This document shows, in pieces, positions 34,153 through 45,414 of a DNA stretch of 64,000 nucleotides. Where the stretch lies: contig QHUZ01000034.1 in the NCBI GenBank assembly GCA_003223395.1, positions 78,930 through 142,929 of the forward strand. Reading direction: 5' to 3'. The translations under genes were made by a program, and so were the position numbers. Position 1 is the stretch's first letter; each line of letters begins with the position of its first letter. The notes under the pieces are model-generated. The model made no database searches, was not told the DNA's origin, and saw nothing but the letters and a program-made list of their open reading frames with translations. This DNA comes from Gemmatimonadota bacterium. Its GTDB lineage: Bacteria > Gemmatimonadota > Gemmatimonadetes > Gemmatimonadales > GWC2-71-9.

Positions 34153-35291
34153 CGCCGCTGTCGCATGAGGAGCTGCTGCGGTACTCCCGGCACCTCACGC
34201 TTCCTGATGTAGGTCTCGACGGCCAAGCAAAACTGGGCGACGCGCGCGTCCTCCTCATCGGCGCGGGCGGACTGGGATCTCCGGCGGCGTTGTATCTTGC
34301 CGCCGCTGGTGTCGGGACACTGGGGCTGGTCGATTTCGATCTCGTCGATCGCAGCAACCTGCAACGCCAAATCATCCACGGGACGAGTGCGATCGGCACG
34401 CCGAAAATCGAGTCCGCGCGCGCGCGGCTGCGGGACGTCAATCCGCACGTGCAGGTCGAAACGTTCGGCGAGAGGCTGACGTCCGGCAACGCCCTCCAGA
34501 TTCTCCGGGGCTTCGACATCGTCGTCGATGGCTCCGATAATTTTCCCACGCGCTATCTCGTGAATGACGCGTGCGCGCTACTCGGCAAGCCCAACGTCTA
34601 CGGCGCGGTGTTCCGGTTCGACGGACAGGTCTCCGTCTTTCATGCGCGCGAGGGACCGTGCTACCGCTGCCTCTACGCGGAGCCACCGCCGCCCGAGCTG
34701 GTGCCATCGTGCGCCGAGGGCGGCGTACTGGGCGTCCTGCCGGGAGTCATCGGTTCACTGCAGGCATTGGAAGCGATCAAGCTGATCGTCGGATTTGGTG
34801 AGACGCTGATCGGCCGCCTGCTGCTGTTCGATGGCCGGCGCATGCAATTCCGCGAGCTCACGCTCCAGAAAGACCCCGACTGCCCCGTGTGTGGTGCGCA
34901 TCCCACCGTGACCGAGCTGATCGATTACGAAGCGTTCTGCGGCGTCGGGGCAGAGGGACACGGGACGGGAGACGAGGTCGAGATCACAGCGCTGGAGTTA
35001 CGACGCGAGCGCGATCGCAAGCCTGACCTCGTGTTGCTCGACGTTCGCGAGCCCCGTGAAGCGGATATCGCTCACATCGACGGCGCCCGAAACATTCCGT
35101 TGCGCGAGCTCCCGGGGCGACTGGCTGAGCTCTCGGGCCACGGCGAGATCGTCACGCTGTGCCACCACGGTCCCCGATCCCTCAAGGCGCGCGAGATTCT
35201 CCGGGGGGCCGGATTCGCGAACGTGCGCAGCTTGGCGGGAGGGATCGATGCGTGGGCACGGGAAGTAGATCCGGAGGTTCCGCGCTACTGA
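34149..35291 (+). CDS. MoeB/ThiF-type adenylyltransferase fused to a rhodanese domain (MoeZ-like)
   Basis: TTG start overlapping the Rrf2 stop (TTGA). Contains LLRYSRHLTLPDVG, LLIGAGGLGSP, CYRCLY...CPVC, and a C-terminal rhodanese with CHHGPRS. Confidence 0.88.
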   Translation: MTPLSHEELLRYSRHLTLPDVGLDGQAKLGDARVLLIGAGGLGSPAALYLAAAGVGTLGLVDFDLVDRSNLQRQIIHGTSAIGTPKIESARARLRDVNPHVQVETFGERLTSGNALQILRGFDIVVDGSDNFPTRYLVNDACALLGKPNVYGAVFRFDGQVSVFHAREGPCYRCLYAEPPPPELVPSCAEGGVLGVLPGVIGSLQALEAIKLIVGFGETLIGRLLLFDGRRMQFRELTLQKDPDCPVCGAHPTVTELIDYEAFCGVGAEGHGTGDEVEITALELRRERDRKPDLVLLDVREPREADIAHIDGARNIPLRELPGRLAELSGHGEIVTLCHHGPRSLKAREILRGAGFANVRSLAGGIDAWAREVDPEVPRY

Positions 35292-35292
35292 G

Positions 35293-35376
35293 TGCCGAAG
35301 GGGGGACTCGAACCCCCACGGGCTTGCGCCCACTGGCTCCTGAAGCCAGCGCGTCTACCAGTTCCACCACTTCGGC
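35293..35376 (-). tRNA. tRNA-Leu (anticodon CAG)
   Basis: The reverse complement folds by hand. Acceptor stem GCCGAAG/CTTCGGC. Anticodon stem CTGGC/GCCAG with loop TTCAGGA. Long variable arm GGGC-GCAA-GCCC. T arm GGGGG-TTCGAGT-CCCCC. Discriminator A. No encoded CCA. Confidence 0.9.
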
Positions 35377-35448
35377 GCGGCGTTTTGAGGAACGGCAATC
35401 TAGATTGTTGTATAACCCCAAGTCAATGCGTATCTTGCCGACGATAGC

Positions 35449-35904
35449 GTGGAAAAAATCTCGATCGCCAGGAATCCCAAAGCCCGGCATGATTACCATC
35501 TCCTGGAAACGTGGGAGGCGGGTCTCGTCCTCACAGGGACGGAGGTCAAGTCGCTGCGTGATCGCAAGGCGAGCTTGAACGAAGCGTACGCCCACGTGCG
35601 CAACGGCGAAGTCTGGCTGGAAGGGATGACGATTTCGCACTATGGACCCGGCAGCTACAACAATCCGCCGCCCGCTCGCTCCCGCAAACTGCTTCTCCAT
35701 AAGCGCGAAATCCGCAAGCTCCTCGGTGCGACGACCCAAAAAGGACTCACCGTTGTCCCCTTGGAGATCTATTTCAAGGACGGTTTGGCCAAAGTTGCGA
35801 TCGCGCTGGCGAAAGCGAAGAAGGCCCACGACAAGCGTGAAGACTTGAAGCGGCGAGTCGCCGAGCGCGAGATGGCACGCGTTGTGAAGGGCAGACGGTC
35901 ATGA
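35449..35904 (+). CDS. smpB: SsrA-binding protein
   Basis: IARNPKARHDYHLLETWEAGLVLTGTEVKSLR...KLLLHKREI...GLTVVPLEIYFKDG. Confidence 0.92.
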   Translation: MEKISIARNPKARHDYHLLETWEAGLVLTGTEVKSLRDRKASLNEAYAHVRNGEVWLEGMTISHYGPGSYNNPPPARSRKLLLHKREIRKLLGATTQKGLTVVPLEIYFKDGLAKVAIALAKAKKAHDKREDLKRRVAEREMARVVKGRRS

Positions 35905-37067
35905 TCTTGCTCTTCCTGCTGGCCGCGCTGATACCACACCAGGTCCTGATCGCGACGTCGCGCGGCCAGGCGAACATCCCAGTCACCACCGAGTCCGGTA
36001 GTGCGGCGGTGGCGGCCGTCCTGCTCGCGCGGCCCCTCGGCCTCACGGTCTCGCTCGACGGTGCGGCGGCGCGGGTAACGCTCGGCGACGGCGCCTTCGA
36101 CTTTGATGTCGGATCGCCGTTCTTCCGGTACGCGGGTGCGGCCTACCCCATGGTGGGCGCGCCGTACATCGCACGCGACACGCTGTTTCTGCCACTGCAC
36201 TGGCTCGCCGACTATGTGCCCCGCCTGCTCGCCAGCCGCTACCGCTGGGATCCGTGGCTGGCGCGACTCGATGAGCGACCAGCGGCGCCGCCGCCTCCTG
36301 CCGTCGCAGTCGCCACGCCGAACCCGATCACGGGTCTGCGGCTGCCACACACGATCGTCGTCGATCCTGGACACGGCGGCGTCGATCCCGGGAATCCCGG
36401 ACTCACCCTGCCGCGCGGGATCACGGAGAAGGACATCACCCTCGGCATCGGCAAGTTGCTGCGCGCCGAGCTCGTACGGCGCGGCTTGAATGTCGTGCTC
36501 ACCCGGGCCAGCGATACGCTCATCGATTTGGCGAGCCGCCCGCTCTTCTGCCGCGTCGACTGCGACCTCTTTGTGAGCATCCACGTGAATTCCATGCCGG
36601 CGGGGCGGCGGCAAAAACAGGTGAACGGCGTCGAGACCTACTTCGTGTCTGACGCGAAAACCGAAGACCAGAAACGCGTGGCGCAGATGGAAAACGATGC
36701 GCTGCGCTTCGAGCCCTCTCGTGCCGGGAGCGGGGGACCACTCGGATTCATTCTGAACGACTTGCAGCTCAATGAGTATCTGCGCGAATCGGCACGACTG
36801 GCGGAGCTGGTGCAGGGGAAGGTGGCGGCGATCCACCCCGGCGAGGACCGCGGCGTGCAGCAAGGGCCGTTCCTCGTCCTCGCGGCGGCCCGCCGGCCGT
36901 CGATCCTGGTCGAAACGGGATTCGCGACAAACCAGAAAGACGGCGCCTTCCTCGGGTCCACGGAGGGGCAACGCAAGATCGCCCTGGCCATTGCGGACGG
37001 CATCGTCGCCTACCTGCTCGAGTTCGAGAGAAAGATCGCCGGTACCGGAGGTGGTCAGGCACGATGA
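35901..37067 (+). CDS. N-acetylmuramoyl-L-alanine amidase (Amidase_3, AmiC-like)
   Basis: IVVDPGHGGVDPG...SIHVNS...ETGFATN. ATGA overlap with smpB. Confidence 0.85.
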   Translation: MILLFLLAALIPHQVLIATSRGQANIPVTTESGSAAVAAVLLARPLGLTVSLDGAAARVTLGDGAFDFDVGSPFFRYAGAAYPMVGAPYIARDTLFLPLHWLADYVPRLLASRYRWDPWLARLDERPAAPPPPAVAVATPNPITGLRLPHTIVVDPGHGGVDPGNPGLTLPRGITEKDITLGIGKLLRAELVRRGLNVVLTRASDTLIDLASRPLFCRVDCDLFVSIHVNSMPAGRRQKQVNGVETYFVSDAKTEDQKRVAQMENDALRFEPSRAGSGGPLGFILNDLQLNEYLRESARLAELVQGKVAAIHPGEDRGVQQGPFLVLAAARRPSILVETGFATNQKDGAFLGSTEGQRKIALAIADGIVAYLLEFERKIAGTGGGQAR

Positions 37068-38125
37068 CGCGGACGCTGCGCTGGAGCATGGCGGCGGCGC
37101 TGGCTGCCGGGCTCTCATCTGGCTGCACGTACTACAACGCCATGTGGAGTGCCAACCGTCACGCCAGCGATGCCAGGCAGCTCGAGCGGCGTGGCCAACC
37201 ATCGGACGCACGCGCGCAGTGGGCCCAAGCGGCCGCGAGAACCAAGGCGTGGCAGACCGATGATGCGCTCGTACTTCGGGCTGAGGGCCTGGCGTATTCG
37301 GGCGCATGTCGGGACGCTGCCGACCTGCTCACGCGGGCTCGCGCCAGGGTGCAGGACGGGACCCGGCGCGAGCGGATCGATCTGGCGGACGCGGACTGCG
37401 CCCTGGCGGGCGGCGACCCCGTTCACGCGGAGGCAGTACTCGCGGCGCCGCTCGCCTCGAAGAACGCCGACAGGCGTTCACGTGCCGAATTCCTCGCCGG
37501 TCGGGCCGCCGTCCTGCTGCTGAACTATGACGCGGCGGCCACGCACTTCAACCGCTCGCGCGAGCTCGGTGCAGCGGGACGGGGGCTGGTGAGCGAGCAG
37601 CAGTCCCGGGTGGCCCGAGCCACCCGGCGCGCCGATCTCGCGGCCATCGCGAGCGAGCTCACGCGACTGCTGCGCACCGTGAGTGGCACCGAAGAAGCCA
37701 AGCATGTGATCGAGCTGCTCAACGCGGTGATGGGAGACGCGGTTACTCCAGGCACGCGCTTTCGGGTGGCCGAGATCGCGCGCGATTCGTTGCACGCGCC
37801 CGCACTCGCCGGCCAGCTCTTCCTGGACGCGGCGGCCGCCGACTCGGCGTCGCTCTATGCGCCCAAGGCGCTGATCGCCGCCCTCGCCGTGCTCCCAGAG
37901 CGCCGGGATTCCCTCGTCGCGCTCCTCGACGCGCAGTACCCGGGGTCGCCGTACACGCGCGCATTCCACGGCCAGCCGAGCGTCGCATACGCGACGGCGG
38001 AAGAGTCGCTGGCGCGCGAGCTGGGCGTGCAGGGAGGGAGCACGCGGAGCGCCGAGGTCTCCGCCGTGCCGTTTGCTGCCCCCGTGCCGGGCCCGCGCGG
38101 CCCGCGGTTCGATCCGCCCCGGTGA
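37064..38125 (+). CDS. lipoprotein, helical-repeat (TPR-like), unknown function
   Basis: Lipobox LAAGLSSGC and Ala/Arg-rich helical repeats. ATGA overlap with the upstream gene. Confidence 0.6.
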   Translation: MTRTLRWSMAAALAAGLSSGCTYYNAMWSANRHASDARQLERRGQPSDARAQWAQAAARTKAWQTDDALVLRAEGLAYSGACRDAADLLTRARARVQDGTRRERIDLADADCALAGGDPVHAEAVLAAPLASKNADRRSRAEFLAGRAAVLLLNYDAAATHFNRSRELGAAGRGLVSEQQSRVARATRRADLAAIASELTRLLRTVSGTEEAKHVIELLNAVMGDAVTPGTRFRVAEIARDSLHAPALAGQLFLDAAAADSASLYAPKALIAALAVLPERRDSLVALLDAQYPGSPYTRAFHGQPSVAYATAEESLARELGVQGGSTRSAEVSAVPFAAPVPGPRGPRFDPPR

Positions 38126-38961
38126 GCGCGATCGAGCTGTTCGGCACCACCTTCCACAACCCGATACTCCTTGCAGCCGGAACTGCCGGCTTTGGCCGCG
38201 AGCTCGACGATGTCATCGACCTCGATCTCCTTGGCGGCATCGTCACCAAGGCGGTGACCCCCGAGCCGCGCCAGGGTCACCCGGCGCTGCGCGTCGCCGA
38301 GTTTCGCGGCGGGATGCTCAATGCCGTGGGACTCGCGAATCCCGGGGTGGAGCGCGTTGCCGCACACGAGCTGCCCTGGTTGGCCCAACGGCTGCGGCGG
38401 GCGCGGGTCATCGTCAACGTGGCCGGCGCAACCGTCACCGACTACGTGCGCGTGATCGAACGCCTCACGCCGCTCCAGGCAATTACCGCGTTCGAGATCA
38501 ACGCCTCTTGTCCCAACACGAAGGCGGGGGGGCTCGAGTTCGGGGCGGACCCAGTCGGGCTCGCCGACCTGGTGCGCGCGTGCCGGCGCGTTTCGACGCG
38601 GCCGCTGACAGTTAAATTGTCACCGGTGCTCCCCGACATCGCGGCGATGGCGCGTGTGGCGCGCGAGGAAGGCGCGGAAGCCGTAACCCTCGTCAACACG
38701 ATGCCGGGGTTGCTCGACAAGCGACTCGGCAACGGCAGCGGTGGGCTGAGCGGTCCCGCGCTCCTGCCGATTGGATTGCTCGCCACGCGACGCGTGCGCG
38801 AGCGCCTGGACATGCCCGTGATCGGCGTGGGCGGCGTCCGCAATGTCGCCGACGCGCGCGAATACCTGGCTGCCGGCGCAGCACTCGTCGCGATCGGCAC
38901 CGCCGCCCTTGCTGATCCGCGCGTGCCCGTGCGCATCGCCCGCGAGTTGAACCGTGGCTGA
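38122..38961 (+). CDS. pyrD: dihydroorotate dehydrogenase, class 1 (Cys active site)
   Basis: FHNPILLAAGT, NAVGLANPG and EINASCPNT. GTGA overlap with the upstream gene. Confidence 0.88.
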   Translation: MSAIELFGTTFHNPILLAAGTAGFGRELDDVIDLDLLGGIVTKAVTPEPRQGHPALRVAEFRGGMLNAVGLANPGVERVAAHELPWLAQRLRRARVIVNVAGATVTDYVRVIERLTPLQAITAFEINASCPNTKAGGLEFGADPVGLADLVRACRRVSTRPLTVKLSPVLPDIAAMARVAREEGAEAVTLVNTMPGLLDKRLGNGSGGLSGPALLPIGLLATRRVRERLDMPVIGVGGVRNVADAREYLAAGAALVAIGTAALADPRVPVRIARELNRG

Positions 38962-39634
38962 GCTCATCGTGGCCTTCGATCTGCCGAGCGGGCGCGACGC
39001 ACTGGCGCTGGCCGGGCGCCTGCCCGGTCTCCGGTGGGCCAAGGTCGGCCCGGTGCTCTATAACCGGGAAGGTCCGTCGCTTATCAAGGAATTCACACAG
39101 CGCGGCATCCGTGTGTTTCTCGACCTGAAGTGGCACGACATTCCCAACATCGTGGCGAGTGCGGTGACTGCAGCGCGGGAGCTCGGCGTGTCGCTGACGA
39201 CCGTTCACTGCCTCGGGGGACGCGCGATGCTCACGGCGGCCGCCACGGCGGCGGGACAGGATCTTGCGGTCGTGGGCGTAACCGTGCTGACCTCACACGA
39301 CGCCGCGGAGCTCGAAAGCATCCTGGGACGTGGTGTTCCCGATGTCGGGTTCGAAGCGGAACGTTTGGGACGGGCGGCGCTGCACGCGGGCCTCCGCGGC
39401 GTCGTGGCTTCCGGCCAGGAGCTTGGCCTGTTGCGCGAAGCGCTCGGGCCCGAGCCACTGATCGTGGTTCCCGGTGTCCGCGCGCCTGGCGACCCCGCCG
39501 GCGATCAAGTGCGCACGATCGAACCGGCAGAAGCGGTGCGGCGCGGCGCCACGCATTTGGTGGTGGGTCGGCCGATCACAGCCGCGCGCGATCCGGTCGC
39601 CGCCTACCGCCGTTTGGTCGAAGCGCTGGATTGA
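38954..39634 (+). CDS. pyrF: orotidine 5'-phosphate decarboxylase
   Basis: LIVAFDL...[12 protein letters not shown]...LVVGRPI. Confidence 0.88.
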   Translation: MAELIVAFDLPSGRDALALAGRLPGLRWAKVGPVLYNREGPSLIKEFTQRGIRVFLDLKWHDIPNIVASAVTAARELGVSLTTVHCLGGRAMLTAAATAAGQDLAVVGVTVLTSHDAAELESILGRGVPDVGFEAERLGRAALHAGLRGVVASGQELGLLREALGPEPLIVVPGVRAPGDPAGDQVRTIEPAEAVRRGATHLVVGRPITAARDPVAAYRRLVEALD

Positions 39635-39651
39635 GGGTATCAACGAGCCCT

Positions 39652-40071
39652 ATGCACACGCCCCGGCTGTGGCTGTCGCTCGCGCTGTTGGCGCTGCCGA
39701 TCGAGGCAGTGGCGCAGGCGACCCTGTCCGACGCGGCGACCCGGGCGAAAGCCGCCTGGTCTGCCCACGATGCGCTGCGCCTGGTGGGGCGGAGCTCGAC
39801 ACTCATCCTGCAGATCCCGGGCGCCGATCCGTCGTCCCCGCTGGGACGCGCGCAGGCCATCGAGTTGCTGCGCCAGTACTTTCGGCCTGCCGAGGAGCGA
39901 GGCCTCGACGTCACTGCGATCCGCGAGGTCGAGCCGGGAAAGGGGTTCGTAGAGTTAACCCGCCGCTACGTCGTCGCCGGAACGACCGAATTGCGACGCG
40001 AAACCCTGTTTCTCGGGTACCGGTTATTGGATCGCGAATGGCGTCTGGTGGAGCTACGGAGCGCGCCGTAA
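39652..40071 (+). CDS. secreted hypothetical protein (139 aa)
   Basis: ORF 39130-40071 trimmed to ATG 39652, which gives a signal peptide [23 protein letters not shown]. Confidence 0.6.
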   Translation: MHTPRLWLSLALLALPIEAVAQATLSDAATRAKAAWSAHDALRLVGRSSTLILQIPGADPSSPLGRAQAIELLRQYFRPAEERGLDVTAIREVEPGKGFVELTRRYVVAGTTELRRETLFLGYRLLDREWRLVELRSAP

Positions 40072-40090
40072 TCGATTGTCGTGTGGCCCC

Positions 40091-40119
40091 TTGCGTGAAG
40101 TTGGCACCCCGTCTATTGT
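40091..40119 (+). promoter_or_regulatory. sigma70-like promoter candidate for the rpmJ-rplQ operon
   Basis: TTGCGT (40091-40096), a 17-nt spacer, then TATTGT (40114-40119), about 45 nt upstream of the rpmJ start. Confidence 0.3.
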
Positions 40120-40163
40120 TCACGGCTCAGCCAGAACATTTTCACGTTCTCCGGAGCAGCCTG

Positions 40164-40280
40164 TTGAAGGTACGTTCGAGCGTGCGCCCCATCTGCGAGC
40201 ACTGCAAAGTCGTGACGCGGCGGGGCGTGATTCGTGTGATCTGCAAGCGCAACCCCAAGCATAAACAGCGCCAGGGTTAA
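40164..40280 (+). CDS. rpmJ: 50S ribosomal protein L36
   Basis: TTG start. (M)[37 protein letters not shown]. Confidence 0.9.
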   Translation: MKVRSSVRPICEHCKVVTRRGVIRVICKRNPKHKQRQG

Positions 40281-40288
40281 GGAGACGC

Positions 40289-40672
40289 ATGGCTCGTATC
40301 GCAGGCGTGGATTTGCCGCGCGACAAAAAGATCCAGTACGCACTTCCGTACATCTTCGGCATCGGTCCCAGCAACTCGGTTCGCATCCTCGCGGAGACGG
40401 GCATCAGCCCGGACGCGCGCGTGCGTGACCTGCGGGACGCCGAAGTTGCCCGGCTGCGCCAGGTGATTGAACGGGACTACAAGGTCGAAGGCGCGCTCCG
40501 GACGGAAATCGCGATGAACATCAAGCGTTTGATGGACATCGGAACCTATCGCGGTGGACGTCATCGCAAGAATCTGCCGGTGCGCGGCCAGCGCACGCAC
40601 ACCAATGCGCGCACCAAAAAGGGACCGCGGCGCGCCATCGCGGGCAAGAAGAAGCCCGTGCTGAAAAAGTAG
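40289..40672 (+). CDS. rpsM: 30S ribosomal protein S13
   Basis: [26 protein letters not shown]. Confidence 0.95.
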   Translation: MARIAGVDLPRDKKIQYALPYIFGIGPSNSVRILAETGISPDARVRDLRDAEVARLRQVIERDYKVEGALRTEIAMNIKRLMDIGTYRGGRHRKNLPVRGQRTHTNARTKKGPRRAIAGKKKPVLKK

Positions 40673-40678
40673 AGGCAC

Positions 40679-41149
40679 ATGGCCGACGCCAAACCAGACG
40701 CGAAGCCGGAAGCAAAGCCGGACGCCAAACCGGACGCCAAACCGGAGGCCAAACCCGCACCCGCTCGTGCGGCCGGTGGCGCCAAGCGCACCAAGAAGAT
40801 CGTCGAGGCCGAGGGTATCGCGCACGTGACCGCGACGTTCAACAACACGCTCATTACGATCACCGATCTGCAGGGGAACGCGATCACCTGGGGCTCGTCC
40901 GGCAAAGCCGGCTTCAAGGGCTCCAAGAAGTCCACGCCGTTCGCCGCCACGGTCGCGGCTGAGCAGGCGGCGCGGGAAGCGTTGAACCTCGGCGTGAAGC
41001 GCGTGCACGTCCGCGTGCAGGGTCCCGGCTCGGGCCGCGAGTCCGCCATTCAGGCGCTCGCCAGTGCCGGGCTGCAGATCCGCTCGATCCGTGACGTGAC
41101 GCCGATTCCGCACAACGGGTGCCGGCCGCCGAAGAAACGGCGGGTCTAG
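40679..41149 (+). CDS. rpsK: 30S ribosomal protein S11 with an N-terminal (AKPD/E)x6 extension
   Basis: The core [30 protein letters not shown] follows about 30 extra residues. Confidence 0.93.
   Translation: MADAKPDAKPEAKPDAKPDAKPEAKPAPARAAGGAKRTKKIVEAEGIAHVTATFNNTLITITDLQGNAITWGSSGKAGFKGSKKSTPFAATVAAEQAAREALNLGVKRVHVRVQGPGSGRESAIQALASAGLQIRSIRDVTPIPHNGCRPPKKRRV
40688..40759 (+). repeat. six tandem 12-nt units encoding AKPD/AKPE
   Basis: GCCAAACCAGAC, GCGAAGCCGGAA, GCAAAGCCGGAC, GCCAAACCGGAC, GCCAAACCGGAG, GCCAAACCCGCA. Confidence 0.85.
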
Positions 41150-41150
41150 C

Positions 41151-41786
41151 ATGGCGCGTTATACGGGACCCGTTTGCCGATTGTGCCGGCGCGAAGGCAC
41201 CAAGCTGTTTCTCAAGGGGACACGCTGCCTGACGGAGAAGTGTGCCGTCGAGCGTCGCGCGTACGCCCCTGGGCAGCATGGGCAGTCGACCGGACGGCGC
41301 CGCAAGGCGTCGGAGTACGCCAAACAGCTGCGCGAAAAGCAGAAGGTGAAGCGGATCTACGGCCTTTCCGAGCGCCAGTTCCGCAACCTCTTCGAGCGGG
41401 CGATCAAGGAACCGGGTGTGACCGGCGAAGCGTTGCTCGTGGCCCTCGAGAGCCGGCTGGACAATCTGGTGTACCGGATGGGCTTCGCGACCTCGCGCAA
41501 GCAGGCGCGGCAGCTCGTGCGCCATCGGCACATCCTCGTGAACGGCCGCGTGCTGGACATCCCGTCCTACCGGGTCCGCATCGGGGAAGAGGTGAAGGTC
41601 GCCGACGCGAGCCGTGAGCTCGTGCTGGTGAAGGTCGCGCTGGAGCAGTTCGGGCGCGGACAACCCGTTTCGTGGATTCAGGTGGACACTGACAAAGTGC
41701 TGGGCAAGATGACCGAGCGGCCGACCCGCGACGCCATCCCGCTCGCCGCACAAGAACAGTTAATCGTCGAGCTCTATTCCAAGTGA
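41151..41786 (+). CDS. rpsD: 30S ribosomal protein S4
   Basis: MARYTGPVCRLCRREGTKLFLKG. Confidence 0.95.
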   Translation: MARYTGPVCRLCRREGTKLFLKGTRCLTEKCAVERRAYAPGQHGQSTGRRRKASEYAKQLREKQKVKRIYGLSERQFRNLFERAIKEPGVTGEALLVALESRLDNLVYRMGFATSRKQARQLVRHRHILVNGRVLDIPSYRVRIGEEVKVADASRELVLVKVALEQFGRGQPVSWIQVDTDKVLGKMTERPTRDAIPLAAQEQLIVELYSK

Positions 41787-42850
41787 TTACGACTCTTGAT
41801 TTGACGGGGTTGGTCCGGCCGCATCTGGTCGAGATGACCAAGCGCGAGGACAACCCGAATTCCGCCGAGTTCCGGCTCCAGCCGCTGGAGCGGGGCTACG
41901 GTTACACGCTGGGCAATTCGCTGCGCCGCCTGCTGCTGTCGTCGCTGCGCGGCGCTGCGGTGTGGGCGTTCCGGATCGATGGCGTGGTGCACGAGCACCA
42001 GACCATCCCGGGCGTCGTCGAAGACGTGCATCAGATCATCCAGCGCCTCAAGCAGCTGACGCTGGTGCTCGTGCCGGAAGTGGACGAAGCGGTCCTCCGC
42101 TTCAAGGTGGAGAAGGCCGGGCCGGTCTACGCGCGCGACCTGGAGCAGCACGCCTCGGTCACGATCGTGAATCCCGAGCAGCTGCTGTTCACCGTGCAGG
42201 ACGACCGCGACATCGGTGGCGAGCTGTACGTGAACAAGGGCCGCGGCTACGTCGAGGCGGAGCAGCATCCCGTCGATCGCACCCTCGCGGTGGACGTCGT
42301 GCGCATCGATTCCATCTACAATCCCGTGCGCCGCGCGAACTTCACCGTGGCGGAGACGCGCGTCGGGCAGCGCACCGACTACGACCGGCTCACGCTCACC
42401 GTCGAGACCAACGGCACGATCTCGCCCGAGGATGCGGTGGCGTATGCCGCGGCGCTCGCGCAGGAGCACTTCCGCTTCTTCGTGGACTTCGGCAAAGTCC
42501 CGATCGTCCCCGGCGAATCGGGCGGCGGAGGCAATGGCGGGTCCGAAGGCGGCAAGCTGCGTGACGTGTTGAGCCGGGCCATCGACGACGCCGGTTTGTC
42601 GGTGCGCTCGGTGAACTCGCTCAAGAACTCGAACATCCGGACCCTGGGCGACCTCGTCCGCTACAAGGAAGACGACCTGCTGAAGGTCAAGAACGTGGGC
42701 GAGAAGGCGCTGGGGGAAATCGCGGAACTGCTGCGTCGCGAGGGCTTGAATTTCGGGATGCAGCTCGAGGAGACGCCCGGCGGCGAGATTCGCATCCTCG
42801 ATCAGGGCACCGCGCCGCAGGCGCAGCTCACGGGGACCGAGGAAGAGTAA
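41783..42850 (+). CDS. rpoA: DNA-directed RNA polymerase subunit alpha
   Basis: FRLQPLERGYGYTLGNSLRRLLLSS and the C-terminal domain LSVRSVNSLKNSNIRTLGDL. Confidence 0.95.
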   Translation: MITTLDLTGLVRPHLVEMTKREDNPNSAEFRLQPLERGYGYTLGNSLRRLLLSSLRGAAVWAFRIDGVVHEHQTIPGVVEDVHQIIQRLKQLTLVLVPEVDEAVLRFKVEKAGPVYARDLEQHASVTIVNPEQLLFTVQDDRDIGGELYVNKGRGYVEAEQHPVDRTLAVDVVRIDSIYNPVRRANFTVAETRVGQRTDYDRLTLTVETNGTISPEDAVAYAAALAQEHFRFFVDFGKVPIVPGESGGGGNGGSEGGKLRDVLSRAIDDAGLSVRSVNSLKNSNIRTLGDLVRYKEDDLLKVKNVGEKALGEIAELLRREGLNFGMQLEETPGGEIRILDQGTAPQAQLTGTEEE

Positions 42851-43206
42851 TGCGTCACCGCGCCAAGGGCCGCCAGCTATCGCGCACGTCGAGCCACAAG
42901 AAGGCGACGCTGAACAACATGGCGACGAGCCTCTTCATGCACGGCGGGATTCAGACGACCGAGGCGAAGGCGAAGGAGCTGCGTCCGTTCGCGGAGCGGC
43001 TCATCACCCTCGCGCGCCGCGGCGATCTGCACGCGCGCCGGCTCGTGGAGCGCCGGATCAAGGACAAGGCGGTCACGACCAAGTTGTTCGCCGAGATCGG
43101 CAAGCGGTTTGCCGCGCGACCCGGCGGCTATACGCGCATCGTCAAACTGGGGCATCGCGTCGGCGATGGTGCCGACGTGGCCCGGATCGAATTATTGAGT
43201 GAGTGA
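42850..43206 (+). CDS. rplQ: 50S ribosomal protein L17
   Basis: MRHRAKGRQLSRTSSHKKATLNNMATSL. Confidence 0.95.
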   Translation: MRHRAKGRQLSRTSSHKKATLNNMATSLFMHGGIQTTEAKAKELRPFAERLITLARRGDLHARRLVERRIKDKAVTTKLFAEIGKRFAARPGGYTRIVKLGHRVGDGADVARIELLSE

Positions 43207-43234
43207 GACGAGACGGCGGAGAGCGGAAAACCTC

Positions 43235-43261
43235 AAGGGGACCCGACGGGTCCCCTTTTTT
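43235..43261. terminator. intrinsic terminator shared by the convergent genes rplQ and rpmB
   Basis: GGGGACCC-GAC-GGGTCCCC (43237-43255) followed by TTTTTT (43256-43261). The rpmB stop abuts the T tract. Confidence 0.75.
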
Positions 43262-43451
43262 ACGAAGCCTTGGCCACCCGGTTCGACTTGATGCACTGCG
43301 CGCAGACGCGGATGCGGCGCACCACGCCGTTCACCACGACGCGGACGCGCTGTAGGTTGGGGTACCAGCGGCGCGGGGTCTTGTTGTTCGCGTGGCTGAC
43401 GTTATGTCCCGTGATGGGACCTTTGCCACAAATCTCACACACTCGAGCCAT
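43260..43451 (-). CDS. rpmB: 50S ribosomal protein L28
   Basis: [34 protein letters not shown]. The ORF track starts 5 codons earlier, at TTG 43466. Confidence 0.9.
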   Translation of the reverse strand: MARVCEICGKGPITGHNVSHANNKTPRRWYPNLQRVRVVVNGVVRRIRVCAQCIKSNRVAKAS

Positions 43452-43453
43452 AG

Positions 43454-45397
<1,944 letters not shown>

Positions 45398-45414
<17 letters not shown>

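Noticed and set aside
35377-35448. Searched around smpB and tRNA-Leu for a tmRNA (ssrA) gene or an integrase/att site marking an island.
   Set aside because: The gap is only 72 nt and has no tRNA-like acceptor/T-arm. No integrase or direct repeat of the tRNA 3' end is nearby.
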